In this document: piece by piece, positions 26,008-38,110 of the stretch | Layout of the letters: every line of letters starts with the position of its first letter | How positions within the stretch are numbered: position 1 is the first letter of the stretch | From: Camelus ferus | Taxonomy: Eukaryota | Reading direction: 5' to 3' | DNA: 64,000 bases | Assembly: GCF_009834535.1 (NCBI RefSeq) | Contig: NC_045718.1 | Location: 18,042,001 to 18,106,000 of the forward strand | Translations under genes and position numbers: made by a program | The notes under the pieces: generated by a model | Told to the model about the DNA's origin: nothing | Databases searched by the model: none | What the model saw: only the letters and a program-made list of their open reading frames with translations

Positions 26008-26349
26008 CTGCCACAGACACAGATTCACAAGAAGTCAGGCCTCTGAGAACCATCTGTTTAGCTCCATTGTCCCCTTGAAGGTAAGTAAGAGGGTTTCACC
26101 TGCTCTGAGTCCTGTGTCTGTCTTCTCATTACAGCTTTCACTTATCCCAGAGGCCTTGGCTGACTCCCGATGGTCTCCACTGCAGTTAAAGACAGACTAA
26201 GAGGAAGCAGGATCAACCCCCGACATGGGAGAGATGCGGTTTAGACGCAGAGAGCAGCTCCTCGTGGACAGCAGCTTTACGCGGAGCTCAGTGAGTGAGG
26301 GAGGGAAGTCTGGGGAACGTGAAGAGCAGCAGGCAAGAGGCCAAGAATA

Positions 26350-26525
26350 TAAACTTCAGAGCCAGGCTGCCTGGGTTCGAACCCCAGCTCTATCGCCTAC
26401 TAGCTGTGGCCCCTTGAGCAAGTTACTTAATCTCTCCATGCCTTAGTTCCCCCATCATTGGCTGAGGCCAATGATAATACTCTAACTCACAGGGCTGGTG
26501 TGAGGATTAAATGAGCTAGTGTTTA
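26350..26525 (+). mobile_element. MIR SINE
   Basis: ctgggttcgaaccccagctct..ctagctgtg..ttgagcaagttacttaatctctc..tgtgaggattaaatgag. Confidence 0.8.
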
Positions 26526-27041
26526 GAAAAGGGCCTATTAGCCCCTCTCAGAACAATATTAATGACGATGATTCTTAATATGATTATTCTCCTCCAGGGG
26601 TCTTTAAAGGTCTTTGCTGTGTGGGACGGTGGGCAGGTGATCTTGTGGCTGGATGGATTCATGGTTCTTTGAAGGCAAGGACCATGTTTTATTCATTGAG
26701 CGAGTCTACCTGTCACATGGTATATTTTCAATAAATGTTTGTGGTGTGAAATAATGCCTGGAGACAGAGAGACAGACAGGCAGGGCCGCCAGGGTTGCCT
26801 CTGTCAGAAAGCTTGGGTGGCTGCTTCTCTCAGCATCTTCATTTCTGGCTCTAGGCTCCTCTGCCCCCAGCGGCAGGTGGCCACAGTGACACCCGCACGC
26901 AGGGACATCTGGTTGTCACGTAAGTCACGTGGGAACACGCTCCAGGGTTGGTGCTCCTCCAACCGAATAGCCACCGAGACATTACAAGATGCCACAATCC
27001 GGCGGAGATTCCCACTCGAACTCCCCCCAAAGTCCCTCCCC

Positions 27042-27197
27042 NNNNNNNNNNNNNNNNNNNNNNNNNNNNNNNNNNNNNNNNNNNNNNNNNNNNNNNNNNN
27101 NNNNNNNNNNNNNNNNNNNNNNNNNNNNNNNNNNNNNNNNNNNNNNNNNNNNNNNNNNNNNNNNNNNNNNNNNNNNNNNNNNNNNNNNNNNNNNNNN
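27042..27197. other. Assembly gap (156 N)
   Basis: Run of N. Confidence 0.99.
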
Positions 27198-29092
27198 ATA
27201 CTATTTATGGCCACAGCCCTAACAGAGATAAATGGCCTTCGAGACAATAACACACTTGCAAGAGCAAGGCATACAGAAGAGACAGGAAGGGTTCAAATCC
27301 CCCCGGACCCAGAGGCTCTTTAGCAATATCCCTTAGCCCTCAGCCTCCAATAAAAATCCAGGAGCTGGAGGTGCCCATTGCCCAGGCAGGCTGACGGCGG
27401 CAGGCGTGAGGGCACCGTGGGAGGGGCTGGTGAAGATGAGAGTGACCAGAAGAAGAGACACTTCTGGGTATAACCAGGAAAAAGCTCCTCCCCCCCTGCC
27501 CCGGGTTCTGCCCAGGGCAGTGTGGCTGGAAGGAGAGGGGTGCCCTGGTAGGTAGGCGGGACTTGGATGTTCAGAGGGCAGAGGAACTCTGAGACTGTCC
27601 TGATGTAGGCCTGTCATTCTAGGAGCCCCAGCTGACCTGGACCAGGAGGATGACAGGGTGGTCTGGGGCTGTCGGGAGACTCATACATCGTGGCTAGGTT
27701 TGCAGGGAGGAGGAGGAGGGAGTGGATGGTACAGCTGGACGTGCCCACTGCACAATAAGAGGGTGGGTAGTCCAGGACACTGACTGGGGCTGGGGATGGC
27801 TGGCAGCTTCTTTGGAGGAAGAAATCCTCCTGAGGAGAGAGCCTGCTGGCTGTCGGGCCAGCCTCCCTGAAGGGAACCCGATTTTATCCACCTTTGCCAT
27901 TTCTGGGGCACAAGCCATGGGTGGCGTCAGTATCTTTACCACTTGTCTGACCTAAATGGTGATTCACAGTCTGGGTTCCGGTGAGAGCATTTTTGGCAGA
28001 ACTTTTTGAGGCGTTTCTTCCCTCCCAATCTGAGCATGGAACCCAGGATTTGTGGGCTCAAATCCAGTCCAGATTTTGCATCTGAGGCGCCTGCTTCCCT
28101 CCCTCCCTCCATAGCCCTCCCAACACCTGCTGCAGAGGCTGGAAGCCAAGAGCTATTGTGCAGGACCCTGAACTCTGGCCCTCCGCCTCCGCCTCCACCC
28201 TCACCCCGGCACATTTCATGGGGATGCTTTACTGGCTGGCACGGATCCATGGAGTTTCCAACTCCACTGGGGAACAGAATTCCTAGGCAGCTCCTGCCTT
28301 GGAGTGGAGTTTGCACCCTCTTCCCTCCCTCTGGGGCTCTTGACTTAGGAAGTTTAAGCGTGATTTTGCATTTCTATTGAGCTGGTATTCAATGGCAGGG
28401 GGTGTATCTGAATAGCGATGTGAGACAATTGGAGTGAGATGCAGACTTCTTGGAATCATGAATTAAAGAGACCAGAAGGGTTCTCCCAAGGGGTCAGGGT
28501 CCAAAACAATTCTTTGGGTTTGTGGAGCTTATCCTGAGCTTCCTGATTGCCAAAGCATGAACTATTTCATTTAATCTTCACCGTCCACCTGCGAGAGAGC
28601 CATTATCCCTAGTTAGCCATGGGCAAATGGAGGCCCAGAGTAGTCAGTGGACCCGCTCGGGTCACACAGCAGCTAACTGGCGTCCAAGCCAGCTCTAGTG
28701 CCCCCTCACGGCAGGAGGCACCTCGTTCAGGCCACGCTGAGGAGGTTCCTGGGAAATCTAGAGATTCTACAGAGTCTCTTGCGAGGACTTCCAACAGGAT
28801 TAACCACCCTGCAGACAAGGTACAGACTTCAGAGTGGCTGAGGGAGGGGCAGACTTCAGAGGTGGCACGAAAAGCAGGCAGAAACGATGCACTTGGAGGG
28901 AAAGCCCACCCATGGCCCCTCTTCCCCTTCCTGCTCTCAGCACTCCAAGCACATGGAGAATTCCTGCTCAGAAGAGGGAAATTCCTCTCTCCCTGCAAAC
29001 TGATGTCACATCCCTCACCGACACTCCCAGGAAAGTACCTGGTCTTCTGCATTCCAGGCTTTTTTTTTTTCCCCCAGAATGTGCCAAACTTA

Positions 29093-29221
<129 letters not shown>

Positions 29222-32015
29222 TTAGAACAGGTAGTGACGCCTGGCAGAGGTGCGTTCAGACTCCATCGCTCGTACCCACACTTGCCCTGCCATCACCCTA
29301 CAGAAGTGGCGGTGTTGGGGGGGGTGTCAATCGGCGGCCCCAGTGTTTTCACTTGCCCTGCACCAGGCAGGTACAGCCAACAGGTCCCTGGGCTTCCTGC
29401 CTTCACCGGAGGCGGAAGCAAGCCCTCCAGTCTCTCTCCCTGCCTGCACTAAAGTCCCCTGGAGAGCGGGGCCTGCTTGTGGCAAAGGCTGAAAATGGTT
29501 AAAACTCCGTTGAAAGGCTATTTATTGAGTGCCACCAACTCATCTCTGAAGAGCTTTCAGCTGGGCCCGGGCTGAGACATCCTGCCTACACAGAAAACAT
29601 TTCAAAAGGGAGAGAAGGAGAAAGTTTTCTTATCAAATAATATTCATCGAATGGTACAGTCTTTTTTTTACAGCCAACGAAACATACCACCTGGATCCAA
29701 TTATCCCATTCTCTGATGCCTGCATTCAGTTTCTCCAGTAAATCTCCCAACCTTTGGAAAGTCTGGCTAAATGGGAACAGAGATGAGCTGCCTGTCTGAT
29801 TCTGCCTTGCTGGGGAAAGGGGGAGTTTGCAGATCAAACCCCTGCCCCCTAGAGGGTACAGCCTCCTCTTGCCTTCCAGGTGGGACCCTGCAGGGACACG
29901 AGCCGGGCCTGTTTGATTACTCACCCCTACCTGCCCAGCGGGTGCGACATTAAGGCCAGGCAAAGGGTCAGAAGACTGACGTCTTGCATTTGGTGCATCC
30001 TAGGCATCGGTCGCGGGCTGGGGCAGGAGGGGCTGGGCTGGGAAAACATTTGCTGGGCTGGGAATGGGATCTCATTTGTTAGGGCAGAGAGGTCCCCCAC
30101 CTACTGGATGTGTGAACTCAAGTGGAAACACAACCTGTGGTCCGGCAGCCCAGTCTTCTGCCTCTGGCAGGGGGAACAAAAGATCTGACGGAGATGCCTT
30201 CACAGCATCCTCCTGAGAGGCTCAGGATGGGGTCTGACACGGCTCACCCAGCAAATGTTTATCAGATGTCACTACACGGAGGCTTAGGTGCTATGTGATC
30301 GAGAAACAGCAGCAAACAGGACACAGACCCTGCCCCGCAGAACACACAGTCCAGTGGGAGTTGGTAATTACACACCGAGAACGGCTCTACACTGTGCTGA
30401 ACGTTCTCTGCCTGTGATAGGTGTGCGCCCGGGGAGCCTTGGGGGCTTAGAGAAGGACTGCCCGGCACAATCTGTCTGGAAGAAGCGGTCAGTGGAATAA
30501 GGGTGAGGCAAGGTAAGAGGGGGCTGGATGCAGACACCTGGACGGGCGTTCCTAGCTGAGAGATTACCATGAGCAAAAGTGTCATGAGTAAGTTCAGGGT
30601 AACCCAAGTGCGGAGTGTGCGCTGGATGGAGCGGGGCGAGAGATGAGGCTGGTGGGATGTAAGCAAGGTCAAGGTAACCAAGGTCTTGGGTACCGGCCCC
30701 AGGAGCCTCCCTCTGTTAGGTGTCCCTCACCTCCTTCTTACCACATCATAACACTTGACATTCTGAATTACAAACCTTTTCTGTAAGTGAGTGACTGTGA
30801 TCAGCTTTTTAAATCTCCCTAACTTTCCTTTAATAATAAAAATATAAAATGCAGAAAGCATAAGTAAATAAAAGAAATAAGTACAATCCTGCAAATTCAG
30901 TTTAAAAAAACTGATATTCTAAGTGGAGGTTGGGGGACAGCTGGTTTGAAAGTCTGTGTGCCATAGGTCTGAGAGCTTGAGTTGACTCTGTGTCCCATAT
31001 GACCTGACAACATGCTAAGGGGGCTGATTTGATCATGAACTGTATACGCAGACATGGTGTCAGGATGAAGGAGGCCGCCCCTCACTGGGGAGTTCCCAGC
31101 TCAGGTCTCTGCAACCTGCCCCAAGAAAAGTGTTGCTCAGCCAGAGAGCCTTTCCAGAATGGTGGTCACCATGGGGTGGGACCCAGATGTGGCATCTGAG
31201 GTACAGCCTGATAGATCTGGGATGTTTATTTGGCTCAAATAAGATGAATCTTGAGATGTTTCCCAGTGTTTGAAAGGCGGCCGTGTGGCTTCAGTTAAGA
31301 TTCATGGGTGAAAAGTTTCAGGAAAGCTCGACAGAAGAAAGTCAAGGCTGCCCAATAACCCAACAGACCTCGCTTCCAGCAGGAACCGCCATCCGTGGGA
31401 CGCGTATGCAGATTCAAAGTGACAAGTGTCTGGGAGGCTGTAGGAGGTATTTTTGCCTTCGGAGGAGGTTGGCCCTTGTCCTTCCAATTCTGACAGTCAG
31501 GATTCTATTCCCTAAAGTTTCCCTGAGACTGTTAATGAGCTCTGTCCCAAATGACTCGGGCAGTTAAAAGTTAACATCCAGCCAGGCACACACCATCTTA
31601 AGGAGCAACCGTTGACCCCTGACTCACGGCCTGTGATTCCTTCCAGGAGCACCTTTCCGACAGGTGCCTGCCAGCCCTCTCCCAGCGTGCCTGTCCCGGG
31701 GCCCTGGGGCTCTCAGTCCTTCAGGATATCTGTGACCCCAGCCAGCCAGGGGTGGGGGGCTTCCGCTGGCCCCCTCCAACTCGCCCTCTGAGGCCTGAGA
31801 GCCGCAGCCCAGTGCCCGGCCTCCCTTTCCTGGAGCCCGAAACGGGCTCCGTGTGAGTGATGTCTGCATCTGGCTGGAAATTAAAACAACTGTCTGCATT
31901 GCATTCGGCCCGTCTGTCAAAACACAGCCCGGCTCTCAGCAGCTGGGGCAGGGGGCCCTGAATGGGAGCAGTGTCTCCCACAACAAAGCCCACTGTCACG
32001 CCAAGTGCTGCGGAG

Positions 32016-32159
32016 NNNNNNNNNNNNNNNNNNNNNNNNNNNNNNNNNNNNNNNNNNNNNNNNNNNNNNNNNNNNNNNNNNNNNNNNNNNNNNNNNNNNN
32101 NNNNNNNNNNNNNNNNNNNNNNNNNNNNNNNNNNNNNNNNNNNNNNNNNNNNNNNNNNN
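32016..32159. other. Assembly gap (144 N)
   Basis: Run of N. Confidence 0.99.
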
Positions 32160-32544
32160 GGAGGGGTCTCAAAACTTGAATGATTCTCTCCTCACAGATC
32201 TAGCAGCCACATACAAACCAGAGGAAAGAAATGTCACAGGGGCTGGACGGAGGCTCTTAAGGTCAGGTGTTTCCACGGGCGCTCGATCTTTCCTGTATTC
32301 ACCTGTTTCTATATTCATTTATCAACCCATATTCATCAGTCACGTCCCACAGACAGGCCACGGCTGGGCACTTTAGGGGAATAAAATAAAATCAACAGCA
32401 GTGTTAAAACACAGCCATCGCCTTCAAGTTGCAAACAGACGAACAATAAAAGCAAGAAAGGGATGTGTGTTCTAAGAGAGGTATTGAAAGAGGGCTGAGG
32501 GAATTCGGAGCAAAGGAAATACGACTTCTATGTCCGTGCCGTCC

Positions 32545-32800
32545 AATGCTTGTAGCCCGGGTGGCTCTGAGCACCTGGGATGGGGTTAGTTCAAACTGAG
32601 ATGGGCTCTAAGATATAGCGTGGAAAATAAGAATGTAAAATATCACATGAAGAATTTCTTATTGACACAGGCTTGAAAAGATAAAAAATGTTGCAAATGT
32701 TGGGTTAAATAAAATCTACCATTCATTCCAATGGTCTCTTCCTACTTTTAAAAATACGGCTGCTAGAAAAGTTAAAATTCTGTGCGTAGCTCACATGGGT
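32545..32800. mobile_element. hAT-Charlie non-autonomous element (MER3/MER33-like)
   Basis: gtggctctgagcac..aactgagatg, aagaatgtaaaatatc, ttgggttaaataaaat, ggctgctagaaaagttaaaatt..gtagctcacat match the recalled MER3-type consensus. Confidence 0.65.
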
Positions 32801-33294
32801 AGCTGGCGCTTTGCTCGTGTGGGAGAGCGCTGCTCTGGGTGGGCCTTGGGAGGGACGTGGCCAGGGGTCTGGGTCTTCAAGGATGAATAATATTTATACA
32901 GATGAGGAGCGTCTCAGGTGGGAAGAACCATGTGAGCAAACACAGGGAAGCAGAGCTTCATCAGAAAACCTTGCATGAGGGTGAAGAGGGGTGGGTAAAC
33001 CTGGAAAGGCCGGTTTGGGTTAACTTGGGAAGGACAGAGAAGACCACAGAGCTGGAACACATGAAGTCTGTAAGCTCTCCAGCCTGTCATTCTTTGGCCA
33101 AAAGAATGTCTTTCATGAAAAGGTGGCCTGGATTCTTGAATCAACATCCTTGGTATTACCTGTGAGCTTAAGAGGCATGAAAATCCAGCGTCCACTGCAT
33201 CAGAAGCTCTGGGTTGGGTCCTGGGAAATGGTTCCAACCAGTTCCCTAGCTGAGAGAACTACTGGTAAACTAATCTCGGGTCTTGGGAAGTCTT

Positions 33295-33442
33295 TTTATT
33301 TTTTAAAAATTACTTATTTATTTTGAGGGGAGGGAATTAGGTTTTAATTAATGAATTTATGTCCAGTGGAGGTACTGGGGATTGAACCCAGGACTTTGTG
33401 CATGTTAAGCACACACTCTACCACTGAGCTATTTCCTCCCCT
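33295..33442 (-). mobile_element. Camelid tRNA-derived SINE (vic-1-like)
   Basis: Minus strand reads GGGGAGGAAATAGCTCAGTGGTAGAGTGTGTGCTTAACATGCACAAAGTCCTGGGTTCAATCCCCAGTACCTCC, then an AT-rich tail. Pol III A box at 33421-33431 and B box at 33378-33388. Degenerate flanking repeat cttgggaagtct/cttggaaaatct. Confidence 0.85.
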
Positions 33443-36400
33443 CCTTGGAAAATCTCCTTATTTGTCAGGCCCTGAGGCCAGGAAGAAACAGAATCAAATT
33501 CTGCCTTGGGGCTGCGGAAGGAATTAGACTGACTGAGGGGAGGAGAGATGGGGGTTAGTCTGGGGACTGCTTTATGCCCAGGGAGAATTGGGTTCTAATA
33601 ACTCTGAGTCTATGGAGGCCATAAAGGATCAAGTTGAAACTTCGGGGGTCAGGGGCCACTTCCCTCTGCACCAGGTGACAGGTGGGCACATGCTCTAGGG
33701 CCTGGTGGGTGGGGTAGGGTGGGGTGGGGACGGGAGTGGGCTCAGGGAGCTCAAGGACAGGGAGCTTCTGCTGGCGAGTGTCCACCGCGTCAGGCGGTGC
33801 TTTGTCAGGGATGACTCAGAGTTTAATGGGACACTCGATGACACTCTAATTAGTGTTTGTTTATTATGATTGCGTTTTAATGATGCTGGAGGCTCCCCAC
33901 CCCCTCCACTCTGAGTGCTGGGATCTGAGGGTGTGGCTGGGTTGGCAAACCAGTGCGGCCGTGAGCAGCCTCCAGCCGAGGACCCCCTTCTCCACCGCCT
34001 TCTCCCCGGGACCCTGGGGCCGCTTACACTGGATCCAACTCGCACACTGTGCATCCTCCTCTGCTTGATCTTATGTCTTGTAATTACACCTTTAATGAAT
34101 ATAACTGTCTTATTAAGTCATTTATTTAAGAAATACACTTTATTAAGGGTGACTCATACTGTATTCTTGGCTCCTCTGGCCCCGGGGCCCCACGTCTCTA
34201 GTGCCTCCATTGGCCTGACTCCGTGGAGCTGATGTACGTGGGAAGGGTTCAGCAGGGGGACAGAGTTCAGAGTAGGTCTCTCTCCCCCCCTGCCCCGCCC
34301 ACCTCTCTCCTTTCAGCACACGGGGCAGCCCACAGGGTATGGGGCCAGCGCAGCAAGGGACGTGATCTCAGATCATCATCGGCCTTGCATACGTCACTGA
34401 GGGAACTGCTGAAGCCAGGCTCATTCCTGAGGATCTGGAAGAACACGGCAGACCTGTAGGGTCTGGACCATCCAGGGTGAGGGCAGGAAGTTCTCCCTGG
34501 CCCTAGAAGTTACTATGACCCCAAAGAGTCACTTCTATCGGGTGCAAACCCATCACTCTTCAGAGAAGAGTTTTCCCAATGATGGAGCAAGAGACAGGAG
34601 CCCTTCTGTGAGTGAACTTGGGGAAAGAGAATCAAGGCTGCATCTCTCCCACCCTGTGTGGACGCACGGAAGGAGCCACACGGCTTAGAGAACCTGGATC
34701 GGAGAAACACCTGAGCTGAAACAGAGCAACACAGAGGATGCTGACCATGGGTGTGCCTGGCGCCCAAGTGGTCCTTCTTAATTACAGAGCATTTATGTTG
34801 TGTTAAGCTCTCAGTAAGGCATTGGGGCCACATTCTCCTGCCCTCCCGTGGTTTGGTTGAGGCAAAACCAAGGAACAGGATCTTCTTAGTACAGTAGGAT
34901 AGATGTCACAGGAGAGCAATGATCAAGACGCAGTCCTGGCTTTGACATGGAGGACTCTGGCACAGGCACTCTGTTCTAGACAGAGTCGGAGCGAGGGAAA
35001 GCTCTTCCCCAGGCTGGTGGGGCCCCTCGGGGGCTGAGCATTTAATCCCCTGCTTCCCTGGAATCTGCTCCCCACGGCCAGATGGTACACCTGTCCCCAC
35101 ACGTGTCCCTTGTCTCCTGACACAAGCAAAGAAACAGAGGCCTTGTCAGCGGCTGAGAGCCAGGTGGCCGGGGTGGGAGGGGACACACACAGCTTGGCTG
35201 GAGCGGGCAGTTGGCTGGAGCTGTGGCCTCCTGGTCCCCAGGGCCTGGGGCAAAGTCCACAGCAGCTGAAACACAACGGGCTCCCCGAAACTCCCCCCTG
35301 TCCTCCGTATCTTCTCTTGGTGGTCCCTCCCCACCAGCCCATCTTCTCTCCCCTTGGAATTTGTAGGGTCTCGGCCCCACATTCTCCTCTTGTCCCCAGT
35401 CCAAACCCGACGCTCATTCACACACACGGCTTGGGGCAGACCGCAGGGAGGGCCGCAGGCACAGTCACCACGATGCGGGGGGAGGGTTTTAGCACTTTCC
35501 AAATGCTCTCACACTTGTTATCTCATTTGATCTGCACAGCAGCCCGGGGAGGAAGAGAGGCTAGATACTGTTACGTAGGATGAGTTCCATTTGCTCCACC
35601 AGGAAATAGGGGGCCCCGCAGGGCTGGCTTAGCCCTGGGACCGATCTCACAGTGAGTGGGGGTGGCCAGCTGGAAGGGGGTGTCTTCCGTGGCCCGTGGT
35701 GGTGACACACTGTAAGGGCTCCCTTTGAGGAGAGGAGGGCGAGGAGGTTCAGAAGTCAGTCCCAGGAGATGGAGGCTGAGGCCGGAGCAGGATGTAGGAG
35801 GCGGGAAGCACCCAGAGGGCAAGGAAGGCTTCGGTTTCTCTGACTCCACTGTCTTAGGAGCTTGCTGGTGCCCAGCGATTGTTTCTTGCTGGAATGGATG
35901 GGAGGGAGGAGTCTCCCTTCACAAGCTGGCCCCAGATCTCGTCAGCCCCTTGGGAACAGGTGGGATTGGCACCGGGAGGCCCAAGAGCTCAGGGCTCTGT
36001 CCTTCCCTGTGCACCCAATGGGGCCAGGGTTCAGTGTCCTCACAGGGAGAGCAACACGGGCAGACGGCCAGGGAGGCCTAGCCCAGCCCCCAGCCCTGGC
36101 TGGACTCTCTCGGGCCCCTAAAGTGGACCCTCCGGGAACAGCACAGGCTCCTTTGGCTTCTGCCTTACCTCATACTATAGCCTCTTTGGCTCAGCCAGAC
36201 CCCATGGAAACATACCCGCGTTCTCTCTCCCGTCCTTTACAGGCAAAGAACTGATGGTCCACTGGATGCTAGAAACAGCATTTTAAACTAAATCTCCCCT
36301 GTTGGGCGTGAGTAGGGGAAGCAGTGTGACCTCCCCCTTGGATCTGCTCCCTGGGGACCGGGGGAGGAAGTGATGGGGACTGAGGTACCACTTTCCTCTG

Positions 36401-36447
36401 AGCTGGGCAGGTGACTGAGTTGGTGGAACGGAATGAAGCAGCTGGAA

Positions 36448-36650
36448 CGATAATAATGGTGGCTGTTCATCCAGCACCTACTGCGTGCCCGGCATTTCCC
36501 TCACGTCGTCTCACTTAATCCCGACACCAGCCTTGCAGGTGAAGGATTAGGCCCACTGGACTTATTAGAAAACTAAGTCTCGGTTAAGTAACCTGCCCAA
36601 GGTTGCACGCCTTGCAGGAGAACCAGAAGTTTGCCTGACTCCCAGGCCGA
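36448..36650 (-). mobile_element. MIR SINE
   Basis: cagcacctactgcgtgcccggca..ctcacttaatcc..ttaagtaacctgcccaaggt (antisense MIR). Confidence 0.65.
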
Positions 36651-37889
36651 GGAGGTGAGGCGGAAGCAGAGGCAGGACTCCTGTAAAGGAAGGGCCCTCT
36701 CCTGGGGCTGCCCCCAAGGGCTGGCAGGTCAGTGTCCCCCTTCACCTGGACATGGACCGCCATACTTGGTGCCCTTCCAGCTGTTGGCCACTAATTACAC
36801 TCACCCGCCTGACCACTGTCTGTCTCTTGCCCACTGTACTCTTCTCTGCTGACAGTGATTCAGATGGTGAATCCAGAGCCAGACGATACAGGGTGATACT
36901 GGGGGATGAGGAGGGAGATGGGTTGGTGGGGATGAGGATGACCTAATTTTTTTTAAGCCTGCCTGGACCAGAACAGTCAGGGAAATAGCCCTGAATAGTT
37001 TTCTAAGCCTCCTCGGAAAGTCCCGGGTCTTCAGTCAGCAGAGCGTGGGACAGTGGAGGTGGCAGGGGCCTCTCTGTGCTGGCCTTGCTGGCTGTTCGCT
37101 GTGAGGCCTCAGGCAAGCTGCCTAACCTCTTCAAGCCTCCACTTCCTTATCTTTAAAACGGAGACAGCAATCCCTGTCTCACCCACCTTGCCTGCTCATC
37201 AGGGAACGAAGACCTCTGAGCTCACACTTGCAGCTTCAGCCTCTCCTACAAATCAGCCCCAGTAACGAACGTGAAACGTTCATGATCGTTTGTTCCCAGG
37301 GTTAGATCCAGTTCTTTAAAAATCAGTACTCGTGTGTGAGATCCCCTTAAATCCTCAGGAAGTAAACACCGACCCAGCCCCCTGCCCGTCCTCTGAGCTG
37401 CGAAAGTCACATGGTCAGTATCATAATGAGAAAAGAGGCAAAACCCCCAGAACCAGCTTGAGGTTCTGGAACCTGGGACTGCACCCGAAGCAGCACGCAA
37501 CCTTCTGACCAGAAACGGGCCCTGGGGCTTCTCCTAAGAACTCCTGATGATCGGGAGACCCGAGGGCGGAGCGGAGTTCAAAGAGAAAATCTATTTTTAA
37601 TGACTTGGGGGAGAAGACTGGAGTGGCTGAGTAATTCGGAGTAATTAAACCTATCTATCACTCCGAGAGTGGGAGCCAAAGTTGGTTGAAATTTTCAATG
37701 ATATTTTTTTCCTCCTCATTCATAAAATCCCAGCCAAGGGTCATGCAGGAGTCAAAGGGGAAAGGATGATGGGGAAAGAAATTTCTGGCCCCAAACAATG
37801 GAATTCCTCCTATTGATAAGCACTGGTGTGGTGGTCCCTCCTAGATCTTTTTGGCAGAGGTCATATTTTGCTCTGGTTAAGAAGGTGTA

Positions 37890-38110
37890 CTGGAAGGAGA
37901 CAGAGCTCATTTTCAAATCCAGCTGCTACGATTACCAACTGTATGACATTAATAAGTTGTCCTCCCTGCCCTCCTTGAGCCTCAGTTTCCTCCTCTGGAA
38001 AATGGTGACAATAATGATACGAACTTCACAAGGTTGTTTTGATGTTTAAGTGACTTCTATACACAAAGAGCCTTGCACACAGTAGGTGCCCAATAGCGGT
38101 AGTTGTCATT
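37890..38110 (+). mobile_element. MIR SINE
   Basis: ttcaaatccagct..ctgtatgac..tgagcctcagtttcctcctctggaaaatgg..cacagtaggtgcccaata. Confidence 0.75.

Noticed and set aside
26860-27041. Atypical CpG-rich stretch with gtcacgtaagtcacgtg just before the first gap
   Set aside because: It borders an N-gap where base quality is doubtful, and may be a degenerate MER20-like piece or a poor read end. Raw reads are needed first.
33361-33442. tRNA-like sequence with A and B boxes
   Set aside because: It cannot form a proper acceptor stem and continues into a SINE body and A-rich tail with a TSD, so it is a SINE and not a tRNA gene.
34312-34332. RE1/NRSE-like ttcagcacacggggcagccca
   Set aside because: Mismatches at key positions (ninth C, and the A of GGACAG); too weak to call.
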